Notes under the pieces: generated by a model
Told to the model about the DNA's origin: nothing
What the model saw: only the letters and a program-made list of their open reading frames with translations
Databases searched by the model: none
Shown here: in pieces, positions 39,539 to 54,553 of the stretch
Layout: every line of letters starts with the position of its first letter
How positions within the stretch are numbered: the first letter of the stretch is position 1
Made by a program: the position numbers and the translations under genes
Assembly (NCBI GenBank): GCA_951406725.2
Contig: OX597827.1
Span: 8,556,001 to 8,620,000 of the forward strand
DNA: 64,000 bases
Direction: 5' to 3'
From: Octopus vulgaris
Taxonomy: Eukaryota

Positions 39539-39601
<63 letters not shown>

Positions 39602-40621
39602 TATACATATACATATATATATATATAAATATATATACACACACACACATATATATATATACATACCTATATATATATATACATATGTAAATATATACAC
39701 GCACATATATATATATACACACACATACATTCTTTATATATTATACACAATATGAATACACATACATTCACAACCAAATAAGTTCCTCAGTTCTTCAGTT
39801 AGATTTAGTCATCAAATCCAAGACCATGCTGGAGTACCACCATTATACATAAATATATTTACATATCACTTGTGTTCTCAAATCAAGTACTCGGCTGAGT
39901 ATAAACCCACATCATATTTGCTGTTTGATATGCATAACATACAGATTGGGATATCTATAATGCAACACTAAAAGGTTTATTTCCTGGCATGTTACAAAAT
40001 CTGCATAAGAGAATTCGTATATAGCTCTCTAGTTTCACCTCAACAGAATAAAATTATTTCAATAATTCAAGAAAAGCCATTCCATAGTAAGACCACCACC
40101 ACTTTTAAGCTCTCAGAATAAAATTGTTTGTGAATTCTAACTGAGAATTAAGGAAGGAAAATGTGATGATAGAAAGAGGGAGAACAAAGAAGCGAATAAC
40201 TTGGAATATAACAAAATCTGAAATAAAGACAAAATATGAAAACCAAGATTGTATTTGGCCACCAGGTTTGATTCTCAAGAATAAAGAGTTTAAATCTTAT
40301 CTTTGAATGAAGTCTTAGATAGATTCCCCCAAGGAATTGGTACTGTGTATTTCTGGCTTAGTTTTAAATGAAGATACTTTTCAGTGTCAAAATTTCAATC
40401 TTCTTTTATTCACATTCATTTATACACAATATTTGAAACCCTACTATATTTGTATTTAGTATGCAGAATACTCTCATCAGGTATACTCCCTCGGTCATAT
40501 TGTTGACATACATAATCAACATCATTATGTCCCTCTCCTTTTCTTTCTCTCTCTCACTCTCTTCATATGCACATGTATATATAAATATATATACACACAC
40601 ACACATATACATATCTCTTTC

Positions 40622-41227
<606 letters not shown>

Positions 41228-42372
41228 ATGTGTGAGTGTGTGTATGTATGTATATGTATATATATACACATGCATATATTTCTATACACACAATAAGGAC
41301 CACTTGGACTGCTAGAAATAACCACTGATTCTCTATTAGTCACACCTTATATATAAAAAAAAAAAGGTAACTTTCAATAATATTATCCCATAAACATTAC
41401 ATCTGGGATGGTCATGGTTTGACTGTCTTTAATCATAAGTCTGCTGAGTACAGACCGAACATATGGCTCAATAAAAATAAGAATCTCAATTATGTATAAA
41501 TGTCCAACTGTTTTCTGATAATACAAACAGTCTTCTTGCCAAACCCAATATTAATAGATTGATAAAAAGAAAATATTTGGTTTCTTCGTATCACGGCAGA
41601 AAATATCTTATGCCTGAACTCAAGTTTAAAAGTGTAAGCTGATGTAGCTGTAACACCAGTATGTCAATTTGCAACTTAATATAACTTGGGACTACAGAGT
41701 ACATCTGTTACATTTGCAATGTAATATATATGGAAGCCCATCCCTTTAACAGGTATTTCTCTCAAAATGTATTTGCAGCTTTGTAGGCAAGAAACAAAAA
41801 AATACAATAATAATAAAAAAAATCTTCAAAGTTTGGAATACTTCACCAATTCATGCCAATAAACTGCATTTCGTCTGCATTCACAACAAATGCAATGTGA
41901 CGAGCGAAGAGAGCACATAGTTTTCATGAAATTTACAGCTAAAAGCACACTCTGCAGCCGCACGTACTGCTTGGCTTCAATACACATCTCAAGTAAACTT
42001 AGATTACTTCACTTCTTCACTCAACTTAAATGTTTTCTAGCAAGATTTCTGTCTCAATCTGAAAGTATTTTCTAAGGAGAAATTTCCTAATGATGATAAC
42101 ACACCTTTGCATATTTTCTGCCGTTTCTCAAAGACATCAGACAAACTCAGAATCTACATCTTGAGCTACATATCAAACTGATCATTTCAGATGACAGCTT
42201 CACTTCTCTCTAATTTATTTTATTGTACTTAATAACATCTTCATGTAAAATCAACTATAATATATGTATACAATGTTATAACTGAAGCAATTTTCATTTT
42301 TCAGTCAGCATAAAAAAAAAATTAATGTATAAATTCATGACATTAAATTTAATAATAATGTTGTGGCCTAAG

Positions 42373-42818
42373 CCAGGGGTGTAACCAGCCCACTTATGTG
42401 TACCTTCCCTTCATTGGACACTGTTTTTGAAGACTTGTTGAGGCGAGTGAAATCAGAATCGAAATCAAATTTGATGACTGGCATTCGTGCCAGTGGCACG
42501 TAAAAAGCACCATTCGAGCGTGATTGTTACCAGCATCACCTTACTGGCACTTGTGCCAGTGTGCAGGTGACACGTAACAAAAAAAACACGATTTTTCCAT
42601 GGCCATTGCCAGTACCACCTGACTGGCCTTCATGCCAGTGGCATGTAAAAGCGCCCACTACATTCTCAGAGTGGTTGGCGTTAGGAAGGGCATCAAGTTG
42701 TAGAAACTCTGCCAGATCAAGATTGGAGCCTTGTGCAGCCATCTGGTTCGCCAGTCCTCAGTCGAATCGTACAACCCATACTAGCATGGAAAGCGGACGT
42801 TAAACGATGATGATGATG
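42373..42818 (+). mobile_element. Retroposon family E (RTE-related 3' end, (GAT)n tail, internal ~65-70-bp repeats)
   Basis: gagtggttggcgttaggaagggcatc...catggaaagcggacgttaaacgatgatgatg; shared with three other copies. The RTE link is inferred from the tail. Confidence 0.7.
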
Positions 42819-43396
42819 TTATGAGGTGATACATTTACTTAGAATTATGAGTTGTTTAGCTCAACGAGGTAAGAGGAAATATACAAACTACCACAAGTTG
42901 TCAAGTGGACAAACACAAAGACACAAATACATATATATATATGATAGACTGCCACACAATTTCCATCTGCAAAATTCTCTTATAAGACATTGATCAGTCT
43001 GGGACTATAGCAGAAGATGCTTGTACAAGGCACCACCCAATGGGACTGAGCCCCAAACCACATGGTTGCAAAGTAACCTTCTTAAATACGTAGCCATGCC
43101 CATGCCATCCATTTTTTTTTATTCTGAGGCTATGGGGCGACAGGCTTAATCTTCCACCCTGTTAAACACTACAACCCAGGCTTGGGTGTCTTTAACAGAG
43201 ATCACTTTTCCATGTATGCATGAATTGGACAGAATTTTGTTGAAGTGGGTTTTCTATGTCCAGATGTCCTTCCTAGTGGCAACCTTCACCTGTTTCCAAA
43301 TAAGGTAATATTTTTGCTATAATCAATCATGTTTCCACAAAAGATTGGGAATGAAACGATGTTGTTTGCATTTACATCTATCACATGATATCAATA

Positions 43397-43645
43397 CATC
43401 ATCATCATCATCATCATCATTTAGCGTCCGTTTTCCATGCTAGCATGGGTTGGATGGTTCAACTGGGGTCTGTGAATCCGGAAGGCTGCATCAGGCCCAG
43501 TCAGATCTGGCAGTGTTTCTACGGCTGGATGCCCTTCCTAACGCCAACCACTCCGCGAGTGTAGTGGGTGCTTTTTACGTGCCACCCGCACAGGTGCCAG
43601 ACGGAGCTGGCAAATGGCCATGAACGGATGGTGCTTTTACATGGA
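43397..43645 (-). mobile_element. Retroposon family E
   Basis: (CAT)n-ttagcgtccgttttccatgctagc...ggatgcccttcctaacgccaaccactcc. Confidence 0.75.
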
Positions 43646-43940
43646 ACAGAAATACAAGGAACAGAAATACACACACATATATCAGACAGGCTACTTTCAG
43701 TTTCCATCAACTTGATACATTCACAAGGCTTTTGTCAGCCCAGGACTATAAGAGAAAACACTTGCCTAAGACACAACACACAGAGATAGAACATGGAACC
43801 ACAGCCGTGCCTGCACCTATAATGAGTACTTTTTTCAATTGTCAACCATGAAACATTATGCACCTGAGCACTTCTTAGGAGAATAGATAAAGGTGTAGAT
43901 AGTTTACAAATGATGAGGTATTGCAAAGTATATAAGACTC

Positions 43941-44364
43941 TCTCTTTTTACTCTTTTACTTGTTTCAGCCATTTGACTGTGGCCATGCTGGAGCACCACC
44001 TTTAGTTGAGCAAACCGACCCCAGGGCTTATTCTTTGTAAGCCTAGTACTTATTATTCTATCGGTCTCTTTTGCCGAACCGCTAAGTTATGGGGATGCAA
44101 ACACACCAGCATCGGTTGTCAGGCGATGTTAGGGAGAGGGACAAACACAGATGCACAAACATATACACATACATACATACACATATATATATACATATAT
44201 ATGACGGGCTTCTTTCTGTTTCCATCTTCAAAATCCACTCTCAAGGCTTTGGTCAGCCCGAGGCAATAGTAGAAGACACTTGCTCAAGGTGCCATGCAGT
44301 GGGACTGAACCCGGAACCACGTGGCTGGTAAGCAAGCTACTTACCACACAGCCATTCCTACGCC
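43941..44364 (-). mobile_element. SINE family A
   Basis: Full-length match to other copies. Confidence 0.9.
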
Positions 44365-44859
44365 TATGGTGAAGAAAATCAGCAGGAGGTTTATTTAGGT
44401 CATGAAAATGTAATATAGACAACATTATCCAACTTGTCCTTCTTTAAGATGATGTGATGTTATTGACAGCTACATAGAGACTGCCTCATTGATTTGACAG
44501 CCAATAAAATGTAATAATTCTGAAGTTATTTTATATTGCATTCAGTACTTGAGTCCTTCAGTTCTTTAAGCTTTCTGTCAATAAGCATATTTTGAATTTG
44601 TAGGCCTGAAATATTCCTTTTTTTTAGTCCTTTATGTTACAGTGGCTTCAAGCCTTGTTTGGGAAAAAATTGTGAAAAAGAAAAAACAAAAATGAGAATG
44701 AGAACAATGGTTGCTGGTTGCAGTTTTTCCAGTAGACAAAGCATTGGTTCACTGCATATTCAATAATAAGGGTGATTAGGAATAATTTTTGCCAGTTGGG
44801 CGGAATGAATATTACCACTCGTTATTTTTGAGGTTTCTTAAAAAAAAGAAAATCTTATA

Positions 44860-45024
44860 GGCATAGGAGTGGCTGTGTGGTAAGTAGCTTGCTTACCAAC
44901 CACATGGTTCCAGGTTCAGTTCCGCTGCGTGGTACCTTGGGCAAGTGTCTTCTACTATAGCCTCAGGTTGACCAAAGCCTTGAGAGTAGATTTGATAGGT
45001 GGAAACTGAAAGAAGCCCGTCGTA

Positions 45025-45070
<46 letters not shown>

Positions 45071-45286
45071 CATATGTTTGTGTGTCTGTGTTTGTCCCCC
45101 CAACATCGCTTGACAACCGATGCTGGTGTGTTTACGTTCCCGTAACTTAGCAGTTCGGCAAAAGGGACCGATAGAATAAGTACTAGGCTTACAAAGAATA
45201 AGTCCTGGGATCGATTTGCTTGACTAAAGGCAGTGCCCCAGCATGGCCACAGTCAAATGACTGAAACAAGTAAAAGTGTAAAAGAG
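44860..45286 (+). mobile_element. SINE family A
   Basis: Full-length match to other copies. Confidence 0.9.
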
Positions 45287-45476
45287 TTATCGATTTAATT
45301 AGGAAGATTATCATAAACATTTCATAGTTTCCTTATTATCACAGTTTTCATTTCTCTTAATTAGAATGAAAACTTCTTAACTCAGTACTCGGTTGCCCAC
45401 TTTAATCATAAAGCTAAAGACAGTGCTCCAGTATAGCCATAGCCAAGATGGTTTAAAACACACTGAAGAACTATAT

Positions 45477-45516
<40 letters not shown>

Positions 45517-45992
45517 TATTTTCAAACATAGAGAGAATATGACAAAAACTTGAGGAATGATTTATTTTCATTATTTGAAGATCAGTGCAGCTACAAAACT
45601 TGAAATACATTTAAAATACATTTAACTTACAGCAATTTTAATGTTCATAAATATATTTCGAAAAAAAAAAAACTGGATTGCAAAGATTGTTAAAGAATGT
45701 CAGTTATGGTTCACAAAACTCCAACAGAATATTCTTAAAAGATGCATGAGTACAATATGCGAAAACAGCAAGAAGTTTTGAAATAAAGTTAAAATGAACA
45801 TGCTCCTATGTTGCCATATATTATCTTAATTTGGTTATAGCCTTACATGTAACAACGCAAGGGAGTAGATGTCTTTTCAGAGATGTGTATGAGATAACAA
45901 TTTTCTTCTACTAGAAATAGAACTTGCAATTTTGTTTTTTTATTTATGTCTTTAGAAAAATCACAGCGAAACTGAAATTGTTTAAGAATCTC

Positions 45993-46157
<165 letters not shown>

Positions 46158-46240
46158 ATATATATATATATATATATTCACATAATATATGTTGACACAA
46201 CTATACATACACACACATATATGTACATATATACATATTT

Positions 46241-46291
<51 letters not shown>

Positions 46292-46307
46292 CATATACAT
46301 ATATGTA

Positions 46308-46371
<64 letters not shown>

Positions 46372-46937
46372 ATATATACAGATAATTATACATATATGTA
46401 TATACATATATAATCATATAAATAGATTTGTGTGTGTAACCACATGTGCATACATACTTTTATATTTAATTTCTTTTACATAGCTGCTTCTTAATTAAGA
46501 GGTTTGAATGCTTCATTTCCAAAATTCTTCTCTAAACTCAAAATTATAGTTAGCAAACTTTAAATAGGATTTCATCAGGGACTGGTTCATTCATTACTTG
46601 CCTAACAAGATCTCCAATTCGAAGAATTTATCTGTGCTCTGCTAATGTGCTGAATAGTCATCATGTTCACTTTCACAGTTGTACAGCAGTAGGTTAGAAA
46701 GACAATATGATATAAAATTGGGAAGTGCTTACAGACTGTTTTAATTAATGAATCATTTAATTCCATGATGATTTTAGTGACAATTACTGTATCATTAGGT
46801 TTTAGCATGTTATATGTGTATTTCTCATTATTTAGCAGACGGAAGATTAAGGGAGGCTACCATGACCTTTGCGAACCATCTCAAACTCATGAAATAGATT
46901 TGAATGCTGTTCACCTTGATTTTCTGTAATCTAATAC

Positions 46938-47298
46938 ATCATCATCGTTTAACGTCCGTTTTCCGTGCTAGCATGGGTTGGACGGTTCGACCGGGGATCT
47001 GGGAAGCCAGAAGGCTGCACCAGGCTCCAGTCTTATTTGGCAGTGTTTCTGCAGTGTTTCTATGCCAACCACTCCGTGAGTGTAGTGGGTGCTTTTTACG
47101 TGCCACCTGCACAGGTGCCAGGTGAGGCTGGCATCGGCCACGGTCGGATTGGTGCATTTTACGTGCCACTGGCATGGAAGCCAGTCGAGGCGGCACTGGC
47201 TTTGGACACGATTCGGATGGTGCTTTTTACGTGCCACCGTCACAGAAGCCAGTCGAGGCGGCGCTGGCATCGGCCCAGGCAGTGCTGGCATCGACATG
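46938..47298 (-). mobile_element. Retroposon family E with three ~65-70-bp internal repeats
   Basis: Three units starting gtgc(t/a)ttttacgtgccac at ~47089, 47152 and 47220. Confidence 0.75.
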
Positions 47299-47494
47299 TA
47301 GTGAAAAATTTGGTAATTTGGGAGCTCCTATCACACACAGTCACTCACCCTACAAGAAATAACAGTTAAATCTCACACAAATGATACATTGGTTTAAGAT
47401 GAAATGGTAAAGCTGGAGTGCTTTTGATTCTATTCATTTAAGGTTGATCTGAGTCTAAACAACAACAACGCATAGCTAAGGAATGAGTTCCAGA

Positions 47495-47775
47495 AGATAA
47501 GGCTGTGTAGCAGGAAGCACAGGAGAAAGTTTTAGAGTGAAGGCTTTGTTGAGAGTGTCAAAGTATAAATGATAAGTATAGGAGTGGCTGGTGCCATTAG
47601 ATGCATTTTGTGGAGGTAGTGCATGATTTAACAGTCCAGATAAGTAGATACATTCATTGTTAATGATAGATGCGACAGAGAGGAAACAATGTGTCTGTGA
47701 GCTAGTGAAGTCGAGTAAGTCATTTGGGGGCCACTCTGTGAGACCTTGAGAAATTTAAAGCAGCCTTGGATATAT
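47495..47775 (-). mobile_element. Old CR1/L2-like LINE fragment
   Basis: Minus strand reads ...SLAHRHIVSSL..., resembling the L.SL.HRR.VASL motif of CR1-type ORF2 C-termini; heavily decayed. Confidence 0.35.
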
Positions 47776-48520
47776 TTGACTGTTTTTGCCTTTTATTATC
47801 ACAGATGTCTGAACAACATTACTGCACAGTTTACTGATCAAAGTCTTTTGTTAGCTGATTACAAAAGTTCAGATTTATTAATCATTTTCAAAATGTGTAA
47901 CAATGAAATTTAATTTTGCATATGTTCTCTCATCTGATGTAAGGCAAATATATCATTTTGTTTACTTTTATATATATTAATCAAGGCATTCTTTTAGCAA
48001 ATACATAACTTTTAGTTGTTGATAGTATTATAAAGAGTTGTTCATTTAAAAGGAAAAAAAATATTCATCTTTGTTGGCTACTTGGAAAATGTCTATCAAG
48101 CTTACATATGTATTACAAGCAACAATATATAAATCTTAAATCATTAACCAGTATAAAAATATCACAACTAAACAGCGAAGCATAATAAATCATATTGCAG
48201 AATATTAACAATGAAAACATAGATGTTTGATACACTATGAACCAAAATATTCATTTCCATTTGATGATAAGATATAATAAAATATACCATAAATGTAAAA
48301 ATCAAAAGACATAGCCAGCACTCATAAGTATGTATGACTTGGTAGCATATACTATATATTTTAGGTACCTATGTAGTCATGAACAACTATTGACACCTCT
48401 TGGCCTTCTATCCTTTGACCCCGTGAAGCATTGAGGATGTGACCACTAGAGAGAGTGAGAGAGGTGGTGGATGCACTAGCCTTTAATTGATACCCATTTT
48501 CAACTGATTGGAACAACATC

Positions 48521-48523
<3 letters not shown>

Positions 48524-48572
<49 letters not shown>

Positions 48573-48768
48573 GATAATAATAACATCGAAAAGTACCTTA
48601 GGAATGAGAACCCAGGTTCGAAATTTCCCCCAAGACACCTGATGAAGGCTGGAGGGTATATCAGCCAAAACGTTGTGTTAACAACAAACAAGATGAGGAC
48701 AAATATCTGTCAATTGTAAATAATGTAAATAATGTACATAATTCCTCATCTCTTAAATATAGAACTGT
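48524..48768 (+). mobile_element. Penelope-like terminal fragment with a degenerate hammerhead, next to (AAT)n
   Basis: 48635-48678: acac-CTGATGA-a-ggctg...cagcc-AAAA-cg-TT-gtgt (G12 replaced by A). Confidence 0.55.
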
Positions 48769-49027
48769 ATTACTGTGGTTGATTTATTTGAGTAAAGATC
48801 CTTCAAGATGATGCCCCAGCATGGCTGCAGTCTAATAACTAAAACAAGTAAAAGATTAATAAGCACAGACATGGTTGTGTGGTTAAGAAGCTCTTTTTCC
48901 AACTATGACAATTTGGGCAGGTATCTTCCACTATTGTCCCAGACTGACCAATACTTTGTGTGTAAATTTGGCAAAGGTAAACTGTGTGGAAGCTTATTGT
49001 GTGTATGTGTGTGTGTGTATATATATA

Positions 49028-50262
49028 CAGGGTGCATAAGGTATTTGAGGACATACCTTTTTTGGGTCATTGCGGAATTTTTGCTAGCTCTGTATAATCT
49101 TTGTTTCAGAAAATAATTGCAGGCGCTCAGCTTACTCAAGAAATGAAGAGGCATGCTGTTGTTGTGGTTATAAAGGCTGAGCATAACGATTTAGAAATAT
49201 CTTGACTTCTAAAAGTTGCCAGATCTTTCGACTACAAAGTTTGTAAGGAGCTAGAGACTGAAGATGGAAATGTATCACCAGTATCAAAGCATAAAAAGCA
49301 TTCTAAATGCTCTGAAATCATCAGAAAACCTGAATTTATCCAGCAAGTTCAACAGACATTTGATTATAATACCAGAAAGTCCATGAGGTCAATTGCAAAA
49401 GATCTTCATGTGTCAGAAGGAACAGTCAGAAATGTTATCCACGAAGACATCAGATATAAATCTTATATGACGAGGAAAAGTCAATTTGTCAGAAAAAGCA
49501 AAAGAAAATAATTACATCAGATCTAAAAGACTCTTAAACAAACTGAAAAATCCAGCAGAAGATTTGATTTGGTTTTTCTCCAACGAGAAAAACTTCAACC
49601 AAGATCAAAAGGTTAACAGAAGAAATGACTGATGTGCAGACCCTTCAGAAGTTCCAAGTGTTATGCATACAAAATTTCATGCAACTATCATGGTTTTAGG
49701 GTTGTCAGCAATGAAGGACATGTGATGCCTCCTTACTTCTTTCCATAAGGCTTTAGAGTTAACTCTGCTGCCTACATTGAGGTCCTGGAAACAATTGTCA
49801 AGCCCTGGATAGACAGTGTATACAACAGAAGGTCATATGTGTTTCAGTAAGACCCTGCACTATCACAAAGGGCTCTAGTAACACAGGAATGGATAGCTGA
49901 AACTTTTCATAACCCCTAACACTTGGCCTCCTAATTCCCCACATCTAATCCATTGGACTATTACATGTGGAACATTGTTGAGAGAGAGGTCACTGAACAT
50001 GTCCATAACACCAAAGATTCTTTGAAAGCTGCCATAGTCAAAGTAATGTCCAAAATGAACCAGGACCACTTGATTCGAGCATGTAGATGATTTAGATCTC
50101 ATATAGAAGCAGTTATTGAAGCTGAAGGTGGCTTTATTGAATAACATTATAGAAAAGAAGGTTCATTTTTATTCTCATAGCATTTTTTGATAAATAAAGT
50201 TATTATCTGTTATCATATATCTTTTTTTATGAATATATAGATGTCGACAAATATCTTATCTG
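49028..50262 (+). mobile_element. Tc1/mariner-superfamily transposon, maT (DD37D)-like, decayed
   Basis: TA flanks on both sides; TIR cagggtgcataaggtatttgaggacat versus a degenerate right end atgtcgacaaatatcttat-ctg. Translated pieces SMRSIAKDLHVSEGTVRNVIHEDI, WFFSNEKNF, YVFQ*D, WPPNSP, EAVIEAEGGFIE*. Inserted in the TA tract of a degenerate SINE. Confidence 0.88.
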
Positions 50263-50408
50263 TATATATATTTATGTATGTATTAGTATGTGTGTGTGTG
50301 TGTATGTGTGTATGTTTATATATATATGTGTGTGTGTGTGTGTCTGTCTGTCTGTCTGTCTGTATGTATGTATGTATGTATGTATGTGTGTTTGTATGTG
50401 TGTATGTT

Positions 50409-50441
<33 letters not shown>

Positions 50442-50814
50442 CTGTCTGTCTGTCTGTCTGTATGTATGTATGTATGTATGTGTGTGTATGTGTGTATGTT
50501 TATATATGTGTGTGTATGTTTATATATGTGTGTGTCTGTCTGTATGTATGTATGTATACTTTTGTGCTTGTATTTGTCCTCTAAAACCACTTGATAACTG
50601 GTGTTGGTTTGTTTACATCCCCATAACTTAGCAGTTCAGTAAAAGTAACAGAAGGAATAAGTACCAGATTTCAGAAAAGATAATAAGAGGGATGATTTAT
50701 TCAGCTTAAACCTTCAAGGCAGCACCAGAATGGCCACAGTTCATTCTGAGGTGCTGAAATAAATAAATGACAAAATATTTCCAAAACAGATCATCTTCTG
50801 CTTTTGTCTTTCCC

Positions 50815-51036
50815 TTGTTTCTGTGTTTAGACTCTGGCCATGCTGGGGCACTGACTTGAAGGGCTTTAGTCAAATGAATCGACCCCAGTACTTCTTTTTC
50901 CTTTTCAAAGCCTAATACTTATTCTATCAATCTCTTTTACCAAACTGCTAAGTTACAGGAGCATAAAAACATCAACACAAGTTGCAAATCAATAGTGGAA
51001 GGACAAACACAGAAACAAAGACACTATCACACACAC

Positions 51037-51095
<59 letters not shown>

Positions 51096-51257
51096 CACAT
51101 ACAATGGGCTTCTTTCAGTTTCCGTCGACCACATCCACTCACAAGGCTTTGGTTGGCCCAAGGCTGTTCTAGAAGACACTTGCTCATGATGCCATGTAGT
51201 GGGACCGAACCTGGAACCATGTGGTTTGGAACCAAGCGTCTTACCACACAGCCATGC
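50815..51257 (-). mobile_element. SINE family A, older subfamily
   Basis: ggccatgctggggcac...gggcttctttcagtttccgtc...ttaccacacagcc. Confidence 0.75.
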
Positions 51258-51649
51258 CAGCACCTTTTCATGTTTAAAATTAATTTAAAAGACACAGACA
51301 ATGTATTTCATTTGAAAAAGGGTTAAAGAATTCTCATCCGCCTCCTCAAACATACCGTACAGTAAGTCATAAAATAGATACTATTGGAGGTTGGTACATT
51401 GGTGATGCCAAACATATACATATATTATATTAGGTAGATTAAATGTCCAGAGATACAACAACAAAGAATTTCATACATCAATATTTAAATATCACATTCA
51501 ACACAAAATCCAAATGGCTAATGCAGTTTAGTCAAAAAAAAAAGATCAAAGAATTTGACAATAGCGAAAGAGCAAGTTATATTCTCGCTATTAGACGACA
51601 CTGAATTTTTGAGAGTAAATACGTTTCTCAGTTGTGAAAACAGAAAAAC

Positions 51650-51680
<31 letters not shown>

Positions 51681-51865
51681 AACTATACTAAAAAAAAAAA
51701 GCAACAACTGTTCATTATGCTGAAAGACAAACAATATTCTCCACAGAGGAATATATTGACTATTTATTTCTCGAGAAGGCAACAAATATTCACTATAGTG
51801 GAAGAGATCTCTGGAAACGTATATATGTGTGAGTACGTATGTGTGTGTGTATGTATGTGTGTATG

Positions 51866-51910
<45 letters not shown>

Positions 51911-52698
51911 ACATATATATATGTATAAATATTATATATATATACATATTTATTTATATACACATCTATATATATATTTATATGTACATATTTATTTATT
52001 TATATATATATATACATATATATACATATATATACATATATATATACATATACATACATATATATACATATATATATATACATACATATATATATATATA
52101 CACATACATATATATATGTATGTATATGTATTTATCTCTATGTGTGGGTGTGGGTATGAGTGTGTATGCACAGATATATATATATATTGCAAGATCAGCA
52201 TTCTGTAAAAATATTAAAACTTTACCTGAGAGCAAGTTATATATATTAAGCATATGGATACACAGAAGTTCTACAGCGGCATGCAAGGAAGTTTCTGGTT
52301 TGTAATAAATAAGTGAGTGTATATATTTATTTTAGTAATGTTGTAATTTAGTCTCAACATTAAAGTACCCGATATTTTTATTAGCCAGTATATAATGATA
52401 GCTTAAAATAGAACACATTGTTACTACCTTGTAATAACAAATGTCTCTAATATATATATAGAAATAATGGCATATGTGTAGAGATATGGTTTAGAAGTTT
52501 GGCACGTGAAGGCATATTCTGAGGTTCAATATCACAGCAGGGAACATTGAGTAAAGATCTTCTGTTATAGGCCTGGCCTGTACTGACAAATATCTTTGAG
52601 TGGAATTTAGATGATGGAAACTATGCAAGAACCTAATGAATATGTGGCTGTGTGCATGTGTGCATATGTGTATGCATGCCTTTCTGTATATATATATA

Positions 52699-53006
52699 CT
52701 AGCAGCATAGCCCGGCGTTGCCCGGGTATGTAAGAGCCCCTAGTAGGCAACGACTGCGAAAACTACAACAGAAAATGTGTTGCATATAAAAAGCTTAGAT
52801 TCTCGACCCCATGACGAATTTATCGATTTTCCTCAGAATTGGGGGAACTTTTCAAAATTTTCCCTGCGTTAGTTTTGAATTATGACATTGGGCTATGTGT
52901 GTGTCAAGTTTCATCAGAATCGGTTGAAAACCGTGGTCAGGTGAGGGTACAACCTGACAGACACACAGACACACAGACAGACAATCTGCCGTTTATATAT
53001 AGAGAG

Positions 53007-53007
<1 letters not shown>
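52699..53007 (-). mobile_element. Non-autonomous Helitron (second family)
   Basis: Minus strand: A|TCTCTCTATATATAAACGGC...(TGTC)n...cccgggcaacgccggg-ctatgctg-CTAG|T. Confidence 0.8.
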
Positions 53008-53058
<51 letters not shown>

Positions 53059-53062
<4 letters not shown>

Positions 53063-53213
53063 AGAGTTTACAAAGAAAACAAAAGACAAAGGCAGGTGGT
53101 GTACAAGACAAATAGATGTATTAGTATAACGCTCAGGAATAGAAAAAGTCTTTTATGTTTCGAGCCTACACTCTTCTACAGAAAGGGACACAGAAAAAAC
53201 AAGGAGAGAAAAA
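53059..53213 (-). mobile_element. Short TA-associated repeat with hammerhead-like fold (copy 3)
   Basis: Minus strand 53185-53150: cttt-CTGTAGAA-gagt-gtag-gctc-GAAA-ca-TA-aaag; flanked by (TA)n. Confidence 0.5.
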
Positions 53214-53244
53214 ATATACATATATATATGTATGTATGTATGTA

Positions 53245-54541
53245 TTGGGTCATCCCGTAAATAATGCAGTTTTTTCAATTGCATGATCTAAAAGTCGGAG
53301 GAGGATGATGGCACAAACTACCTGCATCAATTTGCTATAAAAGCAGGCAGTAATTTTACCTTGTCCTTATTTTCAGTGCAAGCTTTTGAAAAGTGCCATT
53401 TGATTTTAACAGTTATTTTTTCGAAACTATAATGGAAGTGACAAAGGAGCATATTCAGCATATTTTGCTTTATGAGTTCAAGAAAGCCAACAACACAACA
53501 GAAAGTGTGAGGAATATTAATGTAGTATACGGGGATCAGACAATAAGCGTAAGCCAGTGTCAATGGTGGTTCCAGAAATTCCAAGCTGGAAACTACAGCC
53601 TAGAAGACAAGCCTCATTCTGGAAGATCTGTAGAGCTCAATCAGGTTGTCAAACAAACCCTGGTAGATCAAAATCCCATTGTAACTGTTGAGGAACAAGC
53701 AGAGAAGCTGGGATTTGGTTATTCACCCATTCACTGACACCTGTGTGCCATCAGAAAAGTCAGGAAATTGGGTCAATGGGTTCCTCATAAATTTTCCAAG
53801 TCTAATCGCATGCAGAGAGTGAACGTATGTTCTTCTTTGCTGTGATGTCTCATGAATGAACCATTTTTGGACTGAATAGTGACTGGTGATGAGAAATGGG
53901 TTCTCTATAAAAATGTCAAGTGTCAAAGACAGTGGGTTGGGAAAGGAGAATCACTGGAACCCCAGGTTAAAGAAGGTCTTCACCCACTTAAAGTGTTGTT
54001 ATCTGTTTGGTGGGATATGAAAGGTTTAGTCCACTTTGAACTTTTAAACCCAAACCAAATAATAATAAAGGAGATCTACTGCAAGCTGCTTGAGTGGCTT
54101 AAGTCAGCATTAGAAGAAAAACAACCATCTTTGGTTTCAAGACAAAAGGTGTTCTTCCATTAGGATAATGCTTGGCCACATACGACAAGGATAACATTCC
54201 AAAAGCTGGAGCAGTTTGAATGGGAAACGATGTCCCACCTACCATATTCACCAGACATTGCCCCATCTGATTTATTATTTATTCCACAGTCTTCAAAATC
54301 AGTTGGACAGAAAAAATATGAATTCTGTTGATGAGGTCAGAACAGTACTGGAAGAGTATTTTTTGTCATGGACAACTGAATTTTTGGAAGAGGGGCATTG
54401 CAAGTCTACCAGGTAGATGGAAGAGCATTGTAGAAAATGAAGGAGAGTATATTTTAGATTAAAAAAAAAACATCTTTGTTTATCTTAATTTTGAAAAATA
54501 AAAGAAGTATAAAAAACTGCATTATTTATGGGATGACTCTA
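53245..54541 (+). mobile_element. Mariner (D,D34D-type) DNA transposon, full length but decayed
   Basis: ~31-bp TIRs (ttgggtcatcccgtaaataatgcagtttttt / aaaaaactgcattatttatgggatgactcta), TA on the left, ~1.3 kb. Transposase motifs WVPH, VTGDEKWVLY, H*DNAWPH, PYSPDIAPSD, with several stops and frameshifts (ORF pieces 53393..53737, 53879..54163). Confidence 0.93.
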
Positions 54542-54553
54542 CATATATAATAA

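Noticed and set aside
45847-45910. Candidate minus-strand micro-exons here and at ~52227-52295, ~55849-55891 and ~62900-62965
   Set aside because: Splice-like sites exist, but the peptides are unrecognisable or the phases are incompatible; such sites occur by chance.
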